Assembly: GCA_964553005.1 (NCBI GenBank)
Contig: CAZKJI010000001.1
Location: forward strand, 2,200 to 66,199
Length of the DNA stretch: 64,000 nucleotides
Origin: an uncultured Acinetobacter sp.
GTDB lineage: Bacteria; Pseudomonadota; Gammaproteobacteria; Pseudomonadales; Moraxellaceae
Direction of reading: 5' to 3'
Position numbers and translations under genes: made by a program. Below the pieces are notes generated by a model, which was not told where the DNA came from, searched no databases, and was given only the letters and a program-made list of their open reading frames with translations. Numbering within the stretch: position 1 is the first letter of the stretch; the number at the start of each line of letters is the position of its first letter. Positions 33,629-46,139 of this stretch are shown here, piece by piece.

Positions 33629-35194
33629 ATGTTGGGACAAATTGCCTCCTCTGTATCACAGACCATCTATCGACTAGGGATCTGGTATAGTGGTTATCGC
33701 CTGATTATTTCAGTCAGCCTGATCCTGATTTATGTGCTTACCGCAGAACAACTGGGCAACAACTATAAATACCCCTTTCTGTATTTTTATACACTGCTGT
33801 GTTATATCTGCATCAATATTTTCCAGCTTTTTTTATTGAAACTGCTTCCACTGCAAATCACCAAGCAACTGATCTTTGTCTTTATTGTTGACGTGATTTG
33901 CCTGAGCCTAATTACATTTTCAGCAGGCGGGCCAAACCTCCAGCTTAGCCTGCTCTACGTTATTATTATTTTTTCATCCGCCATTCTGCTGAATGCCCAG
34001 TTGTCCTTAATCGTGACGCTGTTCGCGGTAATTATGGTGGTTTACCAGCGTTTTCTGGGCAACTTTTTTGACTACAATAATTTAAACCATCTCGGCAATA
34101 GCGCTCTCCTTGCCTTTCTATTTTTTGTGGTGCATGCGATTGGCCGTATTGCGGTGCAACGATTTAAAATTCTAGAAACCTTAACTTTCCACCAATCTAT
34201 CGAGATTCATCAACTCCAGAATATTAACCGTTATATTCTCGAACAAATTGAGGATGGCTATCTGGTGCTGGATGAAAGCAACCATATTGTGCTGAGCAAT
34301 CCCGCCGCCAATACCCTGCTGGGTGTTCATTTTTCGATGTCCACAGAGAAAACCCCTTTAATCAAATGGCAACCAGATCTATTTGAATTGATTCAGCTCA
34401 GCGACTTAAAAGATGGTGAAGAATTTAGTTTTGAATCGCAGCAAAGTCCATATACCGTTAATGTCAAAGTTAAACATCTGATTGTGCCTGAGCAAGCCCT
34501 TATTTTATTGATTTTAAAAGATGCACAGAAACTCAACCAACAAGTCCAGCAATTGAAACTGGCGGCTTTAGGGCAGCTCTCAGCCAGTATTGCCCACGAA
34601 ATTCGCAACCCTCTGGCTGCAATTGTACAGGCCAATGAACTACTCAAGGAAAGTGATGCGCATCAACAGGACATGCTTTCACACATGATTGGTAAACAGG
34701 CCAAGCGTATTGACAGCATCATTCAGGATACGCTGGAAATGGCACGGAATAAGCCGACAGAGGCGCAGGTCATTCACCTGACTGATTTTTTTGGTAGCCT
34801 ACTCAATGAAGATTTGGCTGATGTAAAACAACAGATTCAGCTCAATCTGCTTGAACGCACTAGTATCCTGTTTGATGAAAAGCAGTTAAGGCAGGTCATG
34901 ATCAACCTGATTCGTAATGCTTTGAGGCATAATGCCGCAGATGCCGAACATATTGAGGTTCAGGTACATTTAAAAGAGGGCCGAACCTGTATTGATGTCA
35001 TTGATTTTGGTACAGGTGTGGCAAAACGTGATATTTCTCAGCTATTCAAGCCATTTTTTAGTACCGAAATTAAAGGAACTGGTTTAGGATTGTACCTATC
35101 TCACAGCTTTTGTGAGGCAAATCATGCAAAGCTCACCTATGTAGAGCGACAACAAGGAGCATGTTTCAGGATTGAATGCTCAAAAATTCATTGA
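33629..35194 (+). CDS. pilS: Type IV pilus sensor kinase PilS
   Basis: About six TM helices, PAS-like region, IAHEIRNPL, GTGLGL; upstream of pilR. Confidence 0.88.
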   Translation: MLGQIASSVSQTIYRLGIWYSGYRLIISVSLILIYVLTAEQLGNNYKYPFLYFYTLLCYICINIFQLFLLKLLPLQITKQLIFVFIVDVICLSLITFSAGGPNLQLSLLYVIIIFSSAILLNAQLSLIVTLFAVIMVVYQRFLGNFFDYNNLNHLGNSALLAFLFFVVHAIGRIAVQRFKILETLTFHQSIEIHQLQNINRYILEQIEDGYLVLDESNHIVLSNPAANTLLGVHFSMSTEKTPLIKWQPDLFELIQLSDLKDGEEFSFESQQSPYTVNVKVKHLIVPEQALILLILKDAQKLNQQVQQLKLAALGQLSASIAHEIRNPLAAIVQANELLKESDAHQQDMLSHMIGKQAKRIDSIIQDTLEMARNKPTEAQVIHLTDFFGSLLNEDLADVKQQIQLNLLERTSILFDEKQLRQVMINLIRNALRHNAADAEHIEVQVHLKEGRTCIDVIDFGTGVAKRDISQLFKPFFSTEIKGTGLGLYLSHSFCEANHAKLTYVERQQGACFRIECSKIH

Positions 35195-35216
35195 TTCAGA
35201 TTAGGTTTTCGGGGAA

Positions 35217-36653
35217 ATGGCAACTAAACAACCACTCGTCTTGCTAGTAGACGATGAAGAAGACTTATGTCTCCTCATGCAAATGACGCTTGCACGAATG
35301 GGGATTAAAACCCATCTTGCCTATCGTGTAGAGCAAGCAAAAAAATTCTTTACCGAATTTCAGTATGATGCCTGTTTAACAGACCTGAACCTTCCAGATG
35401 GCAATGGTCTCGATTTAGTTAAACATGTAACGCAGAACTATCCCAACACACCGATTGCGGTACTGACAGCCTATGGCAATATGGATATTGCGATTGCGGC
35501 ATTGAAAGCGGGTGCATTTGATTTTGTCAGCAAGCCTGTTAATCAAACACATTTAGACCAGTTGATTCAGAAGGCGTTAAATCGCCCACAACCTGAACAG
35601 GAGGCGGCAGAAACAGCTTTAGAAAATAAATTACTGATTGGGCGCTCGGCACCAATTCAACAATTACGTATCGCACTCAAGAAAATTGCCCGTTCTCAGG
35701 CACCTGTATTTATCACGGGCGAGTCTGGAACAGGTAAGGAAGTGGTTGCCAATCTGGTTCATCGCCTAAGCAACCGTAGTGAAGGGCCTTTCATTGCGAT
35801 TAACTGTGGTGCCATTCCAACCGAACTGATGGAAAGTGAACTGTTCGGACATAAGAAAGGCAGTTTTACAGGTGCAGCACAGGACAAACAGGGCTTAATT
35901 CTGTCAGCACATGGCGGTAGCTTGTTTCTGGACGAGATCGCAGAGCTACCACTCAATATGCAGGTCAAATTATTGCGTGCCGTACAGGAGAAGAAAATTC
36001 GTCCTGTCGGCTCAGATCAGGAAATTGATGTTGATTTCCGTGTGATCAGTGCCAGCCACCAAGACTTGGAACTACTGGTACAACAAGGTCGCTTCCGTCA
36101 GGACTTATTCTTCCGTATTCACGTCATGGATATCGTGCTGCCGCCTCTGCGTGAGCGTGGCCAAGATATTCTTTTGCTGGCCAATCACTTTATCCAGAAA
36201 ATTAGTCAGGAATGGGAACTTCCTGCAAAAACTCTGTCGTCTCGTGCAGAACAATTCCTGTTACAGCAATATTTCCCAGGCAATGTACGTGAGTTACGCA
36301 ACATCATTGAACGTGCCATCACCCTCAGTGATGATGAAAACATTGATCTTGCACACTTGCAAACAGCCCCATTACGCGGCTCAATTGCGACTCCTATCAG
36401 CATGCCATTCGCAACACAGGAAGAACATGAACAGACTCATCAAAGCGCTAGCAGCCCTGCAATAAGTTCTAAAAAGCTTCCACCTGAAGGGCTGGAACGT
36501 TATCTAGAGAATATTGAGAAAGAAATCCTGCTTAATGCACTCAATCTCACGCACTGGAACCGCACCCTGGCAGCCAAGAAACTGGGGATGACGTTCCGCT
36601 CTTTACGCTATCGTTTGAAAAAATTTGGACTCGATACTGAAGATGATGAGTAA
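35217..36653 (+). CDS. pilR: Sigma54-dependent response regulator PilR
   Basis: REC, GESGTGKE, GSFTGA, Fis-type HTH TFRSLRYRLKK. Confidence 0.92.
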   Translation: MATKQPLVLLVDDEEDLCLLMQMTLARMGIKTHLAYRVEQAKKFFTEFQYDACLTDLNLPDGNGLDLVKHVTQNYPNTPIAVLTAYGNMDIAIAALKAGAFDFVSKPVNQTHLDQLIQKALNRPQPEQEAAETALENKLLIGRSAPIQQLRIALKKIARSQAPVFITGESGTGKEVVANLVHRLSNRSEGPFIAINCGAIPTELMESELFGHKKGSFTGAAQDKQGLILSAHGGSLFLDEIAELPLNMQVKLLRAVQEKKIRPVGSDQEIDVDFRVISASHQDLELLVQQGRFRQDLFFRIHVMDIVLPPLRERGQDILLLANHFIQKISQEWELPAKTLSSRAEQFLLQQYFPGNVRELRNIIERAITLSDDENIDLAHLQTAPLRGSIATPISMPFATQEEHEQTHQSASSPAISSKKLPPEGLERYLENIEKEILLNALNLTHWNRTLAAKKLGMTFRSLRYRLKKFGLDTEDDE

Positions 36654-36667
36654 TACGCTGATCTAAA

Positions 36668-36696
36668 AATAAAGCCCCTTTAAAAGGGGCTTTATT
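36668..36696. terminator. Bidirectional terminator pilR/ctpA
   Basis: AATAAAGCCCCTT-taa-AAGGGGCTTTATT. Confidence 0.85.
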
Positions 36697-36699
36697 ATG

Positions 36700-37878
36700 T
36701 TAAAGCTTACTTTTCAGCACCAGTTCAGTGACATGTTCTAAATAACTATCCTCTTTCATTTCTGGCGGCAAGGGATAGGTCTGGTTTGGCTGAATGCCCT
36801 GCCCCTCAATCATGTTGCCATTTGGGGTGTAATAATGCGATACCGTCATTTGCAGGGCTGTGCCACTTGGAAGTGGAAACAGTTTTTGTACCACACCTTT
36901 ACCATAACTACTCTCCCCAATCACCCATGCCCGTTTATGTTCTTTCAGGGCTGCGGTAAACACTTCAGCCGCTGATGCAGAACGGCGGTTGATCAAAATC
37001 CCCAGTTTAATATTCTGAAACTCATTGGAGGGCAATGCCTGAAACTGCTGATCGCCCTCAGAACGGCTTTTTGTGGTGACAATCAGTCCCTGATTTAAAA
37101 ATAAGTCTGCGGATTCAACCGCAGCGGAAAGCAGTCCACCTGGATTATTGCGTAAATCCAGAACGACTGCCCTTAACTTGGTTGAACTATATTCTTCGAT
37201 CAGGCGTTTGATTTCATTGGCTGTATCTTGCTGGAATACCCGAATCTTCAATACCAGTACCTGACTATGTAATAAAACAGGTTCAATATCGGTTTCAACT
37301 TTTTTATTCCGAACCAGAATTACCGTGCTATTGCTGTTTTCAGGCTGTATTTGCAGGGTGCTGCCAATCGATCCGTAAAGTAAACCTTGCACCTGATCCT
37401 GATTCAGGCTCTTTAATTCCTGATTATCAATTTTCAGGATGGTTTGCCCATTACGCAATCCCAGCTTATTGGAATCCGACCCTGTTTTGAGATCATGAAT
37501 CTGCCATAGGCGGGTTAAGCTGTCATAGTTCAAATTAAAATCAACAGAAGCTAAATCACCCTCGGTATATTGAATGAGCTGACGATATTCCTCAGCAGAC
37601 AGATAACGGGAATAGCGATCCAGACCACTGACCAATCCCTTGATGGCCTGCTGGAACAGGGCATCATCAGATTTCTGGTCAACATAGTTGTCCCGTACTA
37701 TTCCATAGATCTGTACAAACTGTTGAATTGACTCAATTGGAACTTCTGCCGTGGTGTGTGGTGCATTCTCATCCACCCAGCCCGATGGATGTGGGCTTGG
37801 TGCTGCATAGAGGATATGCCCCCAACACATCAACAAACCTGCATAGAAAGCCCTGTGGATGTTGTTGTGCTGGTTCAT
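36700..37878 (-). CDS. ctpA: S41 family carboxy-terminal processing protease
   Basis: LDLRNNPGGLL, SASAAEV, SYGKGVVQ motifs. Confidence 0.9.
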   Translation of the reverse strand: MNQHNNIHRAFYAGLLMCWGHILYAAPSPHPSGWVDENAPHTTAEVPIESIQQFVQIYGIVRDNYVDQKSDDALFQQAIKGLVSGLDRYSRYLSAEEYRQLIQYTEGDLASVDFNLNYDSLTRLWQIHDLKTGSDSNKLGLRNGQTILKIDNQELKSLNQDQVQGLLYGSIGSTLQIQPENSNSTVILVRNKKVETDIEPVLLHSQVLVLKIRVFQQDTANEIKRLIEEYSSTKLRAVVLDLRNNPGGLLSAAVESADLFLNQGLIVTTKSRSEGDQQFQALPSNEFQNIKLGILINRRSASAAEVFTAALKEHKRAWVIGESSYGKGVVQKLFPLPSGTALQMTVSHYYTPNGNMIEGQGIQPNQTYPLPPEMKEDSYLEHVTELVLKSKL

Positions 37879-37931
37879 TGGTTCACCTTTCTAAAGAAGC
37901 TCTTCTTTTAAAAAGACGAGCTAAGGGAGAT

Positions 37932-39476
37932 TTATTCTAAAGTAATTAAATTCCTGCCCTGCATTTCTGGCGGTACAGGAACCTGCATCAAATGAAGCAA
38001 TGTTGGCGCAACATCTGCCAAAACCCCACCCTCGGCAATGGTTGCCTGCGTTGGTCCAACATAGATAAATGGAACCAGTTCAGTGGTGTGCTGAGTATGA
38101 ACCTGTCCACTGTCGTAGTCCTGCATTTGCTCTACATTACCATGATCGGCGGTAATTAACATATGCCCTTTGTTTGCCATGACAGCCTCATAGACACGCC
38201 CCAAACAGGTGTCCACTGTCTCAACCGCTTTTACCGCAGCGTCAAACACGCCCGTATGCCCAACCATGTCACCGTTGGCATAGTTCACCACCAGTAGGTC
38301 AAACTCACCTGAATTGATGGCATTCACCAGTTCATCCGTGACTTCTATAGCACTCATTTCAGGTTTCAGGTCATAGGTTGCCACGTTTGGTGATGGAATC
38401 AGGATACGTTTCTCACCTGCATATTCATCTTCACGACCACCACTAAAGAAGAACGTGACGTGTGCATATTTTTCAGTTTCAGCAATACGCAACTGGGTTT
38501 TGCCTAAACCAGACAAGTATTCACCAATGGAATTTTTAAGTTCTTCAGGCATATAGGCAACAGGTGCATCAATGCTGGCCTGATAACGGGTCAGCATCAC
38601 AAACTTTGACAAATGCGGAACAACTTTACGTTCAAAGCCTGCAAAATCCTTTTCTACAAAGGCACGGGTGATTTCACGGGCACGGTCAGCACGGAAATTC
38701 ATAAATACAATGCTGTCACCATCCTGTACCTTGACGGTTTCACCAATACGGGTCGCCCGAACAAATTCATCGTTTTCATCCGCCGCATAGGCCTGTTGCA
38801 ATCCCTCAACCGCAGAACTAGCAACACGGATTGCCTCTCCCTCGGTCATCAAGCGATAAGCTTCTTCAACACGGTTCCAGCGATTGTCTCGGTCCATAGC
38901 AAAATAGCGGCCAATCATTGAAACAATACGCCCCTGATTTGGGTACTGGGCAAATAAGGTATCCAGTTTTTCCAGTGATGGTCTGGCACTGCGTGGGGGT
39001 GTATCACGTCCATCAAGGAATGCATGTAGATACACGGTTGCACCACGTTTTAGCGCAAGCTCACACATGGCAACGATATGGTCTTCATGCGAGTGTACAC
39101 CGCCCTCTGAAAGTAGTCCCATCACATGCACCGCACCATGGGCTGCCTTGGCTTTTTCCACCGCATCCACCAGCACTTCATGCTCAAAGAAATCCCCTGT
39201 ACGAATGTCTTTGGTAATACGGGTAAAATCCTGATACAGCACACGACCTGCACCCAGATTCATGTGTCCAACTTCTGAGTTACCCATCTGTCCATCAGGC
39301 AGACCGACATCTTCACCTGAACCAGAAATTAAACTATTGGGATGCCTGGCTTTCATGGCGCTGAGGTTTGGCGTTTTTGCCGCCAGATAAGCATTGTCCT
39401 CAACCGCTTCACGATGTCCCACGCCATCCATAATGACCAGAACGTGAGGAATTTTGCCAGCATTTGCATCCGTCAT
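37932..39476 (-). CDS. gpmI: 2,3-bisphosphoglycerate-independent phosphoglycerate mutase
   Basis: [33 protein letters not shown]. Confidence 0.97.
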   Translation of the reverse strand: MTDANAGKIPHVLVIMDGVGHREAVEDNAYLAAKTPNLSAMKARHPNSLISGSGEDVGLPDGQMGNSEVGHMNLGAGRVLYQDFTRITKDIRTGDFFEHEVLVDAVEKAKAAHGAVHVMGLLSEGGVHSHEDHIVAMCELALKRGATVYLHAFLDGRDTPPRSARPSLEKLDTLFAQYPNQGRIVSMIGRYFAMDRDNRWNRVEEAYRLMTEGEAIRVASSAVEGLQQAYAADENDEFVRATRIGETVKVQDGDSIVFMNFRADRAREITRAFVEKDFAGFERKVVPHLSKFVMLTRYQASIDAPVAYMPEELKNSIGEYLSGLGKTQLRIAETEKYAHVTFFFSGGREDEYAGEKRILIPSPNVATYDLKPEMSAIEVTDELVNAINSGEFDLLVVNYANGDMVGHTGVFDAAVKAVETVDTCLGRVYEAVMANKGHMLITADHGNVEQMQDYDSGQVHTQHTTELVPFIYVGPTQATIAEGGVLADVAPTLLHLMQVPVPPEMQGRNLITLE

Positions 39477-39563
39477 AATGGACTCTCTGTTTGTCTATCA
39501 TTTGATCGGCATAGTTTACCGAAATTTGACAAATTTCTCCATGATCTTGCAGACGCTTTAATC

Positions 39564-39582
39564 AATAATGATTATCAATTCA
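39564..39582. promoter_or_regulatory. Candidate Fur box upstream of gpmI
   Basis: Minus strand TGAATTGATAATCATTATT, 14/19 to consensus with a perfect TGATAATCATTAT core. Confidence 0.5.
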
Positions 39583-39596
39583 AACCATTCAGACTT

Positions 39597-40670
39597 CTAG
39601 CGTGCGCGATAGAGCAAATAACTGCCTGCCGCAAACATGAACAGGATTGGCAGCAAGACAAACCACGCTGGAGATGGCGCATAGACCAGACTTGCATAGC
39701 CCAAAAAGTCCTGTAAATAGAAAAAGCCCAGTCCTGTAAATAATGCAATTACGAGACGGAAACCCATCGATTGCTGACGTAATGGGCCAAAAATAAAGGA
39801 ACAGGCGATCAATACCAGCGTAATCAGGGCAAAGGGTGAAGCAACTTTTTGCCAGAATGCCAATTCATAGGTTTTTGGCACCTGACTATATTCTTTCAGG
39901 TAGTGCATAAAACTGATCAGTTGGCTTGGTGATAAATCCTCTGGGTCCAGCGTCACCATATGTACATATTTAGGCTGTAATGCCAAACCCAATGGCTGTT
40001 GCTCATGATCAGTCTTGATCGCATTGCCCTGAGCCAGTAAATCGACCTGATGCGACTCTTTTAAAGTCCACTGCCCATCTTTGACAAACTGCCCTTGTTC
40101 GGCACTGACAAAAGACTGCAAACGGTAGTTTTGATCGAAATCAATGACGTTAATATTACGAAGTTGTCCCTGGGCATTGGCATAGTCAATATAGATAAAG
40201 CGCTGCCCCTCACGTGACCAATAGCCTTTTACCTCACCCAAGGATGCGACACTACGCTGTGTTTTAATGCTCTGCGCCTTTTCATTGGTATATGGGATCA
40301 CCCATTCACTCAAGGCAAACGACAGGATGATCAGCAATAAAGCTGAACGCATTACCCAGCCCACAATGCGCCATAGGCTGATGCCCACTGAACGCATCAC
40401 AATCAGCTCACTATTGGATGCCAATGCCCCCAGCCCTAAAACCGAACCAATCAATGCCGCGACAGGCAGGATTTCATAGAGATAGCGCGGCGCATCCCAC
40501 ATCACAAACAGGAACGCCTGCCATGCGTTGTAATCGGGCTTAAGTGAACCCAGCTCACCCAGATAGGTAAACAACACCTGTAGAAAAGACAGTACCAGCG
40601 TAGTTCCCAGCATGGCGAGAACTGTGGTTTTGGTGACATGTCTGGCGACTATTCGACGTGCTAACATCAT
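39597..40670 (-). CDS. lptG: LPS export ABC transporter permease LptG
   Basis: LASNSELIVMRSVGIS; six-TM plus periplasmic domain layout; follows lptF. Confidence 0.93.
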   Translation of the reverse strand: MMLARRIVARHVTKTTVLAMLGTTLVLSFLQVLFTYLGELGSLKPDYNAWQAFLFVMWDAPRYLYEILPVAALIGSVLGLGALASNSELIVMRSVGISLWRIVGWVMRSALLLIILSFALSEWVIPYTNEKAQSIKTQRSVASLGEVKGYWSREGQRFIYIDYANAQGQLRNINVIDFDQNYRLQSFVSAEQGQFVKDGQWTLKESHQVDLLAQGNAIKTDHEQQPLGLALQPKYVHMVTLDPEDLSPSQLISFMHYLKEYSQVPKTYELAFWQKVASPFALITLVLIACSFIFGPLRQQSMGFRLVIALFTGLGFFYLQDFLGYASLVYAPSPAWFVLLPILFMFAAGSYLLYRAR

Positions 40671-41767
40671 AACCCCACTCGCTGCATACTTTTCTTGATT
40701 TTGGGTGCCAGTTTTTGTTTACGGGAAAAAATTGCCGCAGCACCTGCATACACCAGCAACACCACTGGATAGGCCCAGATATCCAGTTGTTCCTTACTAA
40801 TCCGCGTTTTAATCGCAATCATCAATACAATCAGGCTGGCAAAAATGAAAATGGCAGGAATCAGGCGGTAATAACGTCCCTGACGTGGACTGACTTCAGA
40901 CAAGGCCACGGTCAACATGAGTGCAATCACCATAACCAAGGGGCCAAATATCCGCCAACCCAACTCACTCCGAATCACAGGATCATCGCGCTTTTGCCAT
41001 AGTTTGCTCATCGGCAATGCTTCAACATCATCGCTTTCAAATTTGACATCCTTATCATTCTCCAGACGTAAACGATAGGACTGAAACTCGGCTTGAGTGT
41101 ATCGGGGCTGGTTTGGATAGATTTCGTAGCGACGACCCTGAACCAGATCAACCACATTGGCGGTATCATTTGCCATTTCCACACGGGTGGCTTCTTTCGC
41201 CAGAATCATCACATCAGGTTTATCTTCACGATCGGCTTTCTGATAATAAAAAATATCTTTTAAATTTTTTCGATCTTCGGAAAGTGAACCTGCATAAATG
41301 GTATACGGCCCCGAGGAGATAAACTCCTTTGGTCGAACCAGATCAAAACCTGCTCGCACTGCTTGTGTTTGCATCAAGCTTTCGTAAGCACGAATTCCAG
41401 ATGATGAACCCCAAAACATTAATATTGCTTGAACAATCAAAAAAACAAATGTCATCGGCAATAAAAGTTTGGCCAATTGATTACGGCTAACACCACTACC
41501 ATTTAAAACCGCCATTTCGTGATCGACATACAAACGGCCAAACACCAGCATCAGGCCAATAAAAAAGCCCAATGGCAAAATCAGGGTTAAAAACTCAGGC
41601 AGGCGATAGGCAATGATGCTCAGCAGGACACTACCGTCCAGCCGCCCCTGTGCAGCACGTCCAAAAATCTTGATTAACTGCCCACCCATAATAATTAAAG
41701 TGAGCAAAGCAGTCACAACCAAAGAGGTGGAGACCACTTGTTTGACGAGATAACGCCGAATAATCAA
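40667..41767 (-). CDS. lptF: LPS export ABC transporter permease LptF
   Basis: MIIRRYL, GRLYVDHEMAV, PRQGRY; divergent from pepA. Confidence 0.93.
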   Translation of the reverse strand: MIIRRYLVKQVVSTSLVVTALLTLIIMGGQLIKIFGRAAQGRLDGSVLLSIIAYRLPEFLTLILPLGFFIGLMLVFGRLYVDHEMAVLNGSGVSRNQLAKLLLPMTFVFLIVQAILMFWGSSSGIRAYESLMQTQAVRAGFDLVRPKEFISSGPYTIYAGSLSEDRKNLKDIFYYQKADREDKPDVMILAKEATRVEMANDTANVVDLVQGRRYEIYPNQPRYTQAEFQSYRLRLENDKDVKFESDDVEALPMSKLWQKRDDPVIRSELGWRIFGPLVMVIALMLTVALSEVSPRQGRYYRLIPAIFIFASLIVLMIAIKTRISKEQLDIWAYPVVLLVYAGAAAIFSRKQKLAPKIKKSMQRVGL

Positions 41768-41825
41768 AGTAATGCTTCCAAAAATAGACCAATCGAGGGG
41801 TAGTGCTAGTTTACCCGAATGTTAA

Positions 41826-43373
<1,548 letters not shown>

Positions 43374-43376
43374 TCT

Positions 43377-43784
43377 ATGGCACAAGTTAGTTTTTATTTG
43401 TTTGAAAACAGCATTGAGCGGCAAGTTGAAAGTGCTTGCCGTTTATGTCGAAAAATTCTGAATCAGCACCCACAGATTTGGTGGTATTGTGTTGATTCAA
43501 ATTTACAAAATGAGTTAGATAACAAGCTATGGAGTTTTGATTCAAGTAGCTTTATTGCTCATGGAATTGATCAATTGAATAGTCCAGTGTGTATTTCAGC
43601 TGAATTACCGCCATCGAATGATTGGATTGTATTTAATTTTAACAATCATGCACTTGAACAAACTCAAGATTTTCGCCACATTATCGAAATTATTGAAAAT
43701 AATGAAACTGCAAAACAGATCGGGCGAGAGAAATTTAAGATGTATCGTCGTTTAGGCATTGAGCCACGCACATTTAAATTATAA
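43377..43784 (+). CDS. holC: DNA polymerase III subunit chi
   Basis: VSFY, ACRL, LDNKLWSF...SFIAH; pepA-holC synteny. Confidence 0.9.
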   Translation: MAQVSFYLFENSIERQVESACRLCRKILNQHPQIWWYCVDSNLQNELDNKLWSFDSSSFIAHGIDQLNSPVCISAELPPSNDWIVFNFNNHALEQTQDFRHIIEIIENNETAKQIGREKFKMYRRLGIEPRTFKL

Positions 43785-43819
43785 GTCTGTAAACCATAGC
43801 ATCGTATAAGGAGTGTCGT

Positions 43820-44446
43820 GTGGCATTAAATGTAGGTCAAGATTTTAAAAAACGTTGGTTAAATACACCTGAAACTGTACGTCAGACCTATCAGGAAGAT
43901 TTAGCTCGTATCTGTGATCTACTGTTACCACAAACACAAATCCAAACATGGATACAACTCGAAGAAAAAGCTCAGCTACGCTCTCAACAACGTATTGATC
44001 AAGCTTATGCACATTTAAAGGCTGAGTTAATTGAACAAGCACGCGTTCGCAAACAATTGGCTTTGGAAAAAGCTTTAGCAGAAAAACGTGCTGCCCAAGC
44101 TGCTTATGCCGCGCAACTGCAAGCAGATGAGTTAAATCAGTTCGAACAACAAACGGAAAATCTTGTTGCCCTTCGACAACACATTGATCAAGAAATTGCA
44201 CAACACACTGAACGTTATCAACCAAATCCTGAACAACCAAGTATTGATTATGCTCAAGGGCATCGTGTTCAGATTGATGACCAACAAATCTTGTCTGAGC
44301 TCGAAAGTGTGCGTGTCCGACTGGAATTAGAAGCTGAAAGTATGATTGAACAAGCGGTCACAGTTTTTAGAGCAAAATTACATGCGATTGCGCAAGACGA
44401 AATAGAATACATTCTGAAAAATAGTCAATTTTCAGATGAAAAATAA
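43820..44446 (+). CDS. Hypothetical coiled-coil protein
   Basis: 208-codon ORF, AAGGAG SD, GTG start, Q/E/A-rich helical composition. Confidence 0.75.
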   Translation: MALNVGQDFKKRWLNTPETVRQTYQEDLARICDLLLPQTQIQTWIQLEEKAQLRSQQRIDQAYAHLKAELIEQARVRKQLALEKALAEKRAAQAAYAAQLQADELNQFEQQTENLVALRQHIDQEIAQHTERYQPNPEQPSIDYAQGHRVQIDDQQILSELESVRVRLELEAESMIEQAVTVFRAKLHAIAQDEIEYILKNSQFSDEK

Positions 44447-44479
44447 TAAAAAAGCCCAGTTTAAACTGGGCTTTTTTAT
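44445..44479. terminator. Bidirectional terminator
   Basis: AAAAAAGCCCAGTTTAAACTGGGCTTTTTT palindrome. Confidence 0.9.
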
Positions 44480-44489
44480 GTTTCATTTT

Positions 44490-45149
44490 TTATTTTAAGA
44501 AACCGTTTTCAGCCAAAAATGCCATACTGATGTTTGACTCAGTTTTTTGTTCCGCTGCTCTATCACCCAACAATAAGCGCTCGATATAGCGTGCCAGCAC
44601 ATCAACCTCTAAATTAACTTTTGTACCAACTTGCCATGTGCCAATATTGGTACGCTCAGCAGTATGAGGGATGAGATTCAAACTCAGAATATTGCCACGT
44701 AGATGGTTAATGGTCAGACTAATCCCATCGACAGTTACAGAACCTTTTTCAGCTAAATATTTTGCCAATTCAACAGGTGCTGTTACTTCAAAATATAATG
44801 AACGCGCGTCTTCTCGAACGACTGTAATTTCTCCTAGACCATCAACATGTCCACTCACAATATGTCCACCAAAACGTGTTGTTGGCAACATTGCTTTTTC
44901 GACATTGACGGATTGACCTACTTTCCATTGACCTAAAGTCGTTCGATTTAAGCTTTCACGAGACACATCTGCAGCATACCAATTACTTCCCCACTCGATC
45001 ACTGTGAGACAAATTCCATTCGTCGCAATTGAATCACCTAAATGTACATCAGACATATCCAAATCAGTTTGAATACGTAGACGTACATCACCGCCTACAC
45101 TTTGTAAGCTCTCAACCTTACCTAAACTTTCAATAATGCCTGTAAACAT
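44490..45149 (-). CDS. ribE: Riboflavin synthase (alpha chain; called ribC in E. coli)
   Basis: MFTGII N-terminus, GDSIATNGICLTV, GGHIVSGHVD. Confidence 0.97.
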   Translation of the reverse strand: MFTGIIESLGKVESLQSVGGDVRLRIQTDLDMSDVHLGDSIATNGICLTVIEWGSNWYAADVSRESLNRTTLGQWKVGQSVNVEKAMLPTTRFGGHIVSGHVDGLGEITVVREDARSLYFEVTAPVELAKYLAEKGSVTVDGISLTINHLRGNILSLNLIPHTAERTNIGTWQVGTKVNLEVDVLARYIERLLLGDRAAEQKTESNISMAFLAENGFLK

Positions 45150-45253
45150 GGAAGTTCTAACCTAATCTTATGCAATATATGCCATAGTGAATCGAATACC
45201 ATAAAGCAAAGCCTTAGAGATAACAAGGGACTCCAAGTTCAAATACCTGCAAT

Positions 45254-45281
45254 AAAAAAGGCGATCTATTGATCACCTTTT
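45254..45281 (-). terminator. Terminator of glpF
   Basis: Minus strand AAAGGTGATC-aata-GATCGCCTTTTTT. Confidence 0.75.
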
Positions 45282-45299
45282 ATCATTTTTAACCTTAAA

Positions 45300-46139
45300 T
45301 TATTGCATTTCAGAGACACGTTGATTGGCTGTCTGTTTAAGCTCAACAGTATTATTTAACAAGAAATGGCTAAAAAATAATTTATAACCTAATACGCCTA
45401 AGCAAGCGCCAACAATCGGTGCAAAGATAGGCACAATAAAATAAGGAATATTACGACCGCCAGTAAAAGCAATTGAACCCCAGCCCGAAAAATAGGCCAC
45501 AACTTTTGGACCAAAATCGCGTGCAGGATTCATAGCAAAGCCTGTTAATGGACCAAAAGAAGCGCCAATGACAGCAACTAATAATCCCACCAAAATTGGT
45601 GCTAAAGCACCACGTGGCAAACCATTATGATCATCCCCAATCGCCATGATGAGCCAAAGCAATAACATAGTGATAAACATTTCCACCATAAACGCCTGTC
45701 CAATAGACAATAAATGATGTGGATAGGTTGAGAAAATTCCAGCCAACTCCAAACTCTCGACACTCCCGCGCAGCATATGGTGTGTTTGCTCATAATCCAT
45801 AAATAGATTGCTATACAAACCATAGACCAATAGCGCGCCTAAAGCAGCACCAGAAACTTGAGCAATAATATAGAAAGGAACTTTACGTTTATCAAAACCA
45901 GCAAACAGTGCTAATGCAATCGTAACGGCAGGATTGAGATGAGCTCCAGAAATACCTGCAGATAGATAAACAGCCAATGCTACAGCCAAGCCCCATACAA
46001 GGCTGATTTCCCACAACCCTAGACTTGCTCCTGCAAGTTTAAGCGCAGCCACGACACCAATACCAAAAGATAAAAAAACTGCGGTAGCAAAAAATTCAGC
46101 TATACATTGCCCCAACAAGCTGGGTTCCGAGCGACTCAT
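45300..46139 (-). CDS. glpF: Aquaglyceroporin (GlpF-type MIP channel)
   Basis: SGAHLNPAVT and GFAMNPARD; the D after NPAR marks glycerol facilitators; GIFSTYP. Confidence 0.9.
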   Translation of the reverse strand: MSRSEPSLLGQCIAEFFATAVFLSFGIGVVAALKLAGASLGLWEISLVWGLAVALAVYLSAGISGAHLNPAVTIALALFAGFDKRKVPFYIIAQVSGAALGALLVYGLYSNLFMDYEQTHHMLRGSVESLELAGIFSTYPHHLLSIGQAFMVEMFITMLLLWLIMAIGDDHNGLPRGALAPILVGLLVAVIGASFGPLTGFAMNPARDFGPKVVAYFSGWGSIAFTGGRNIPYFIVPIFAPIVGACLGVLGYKLFFSHFLLNNTVELKQTANQRVSEMQ

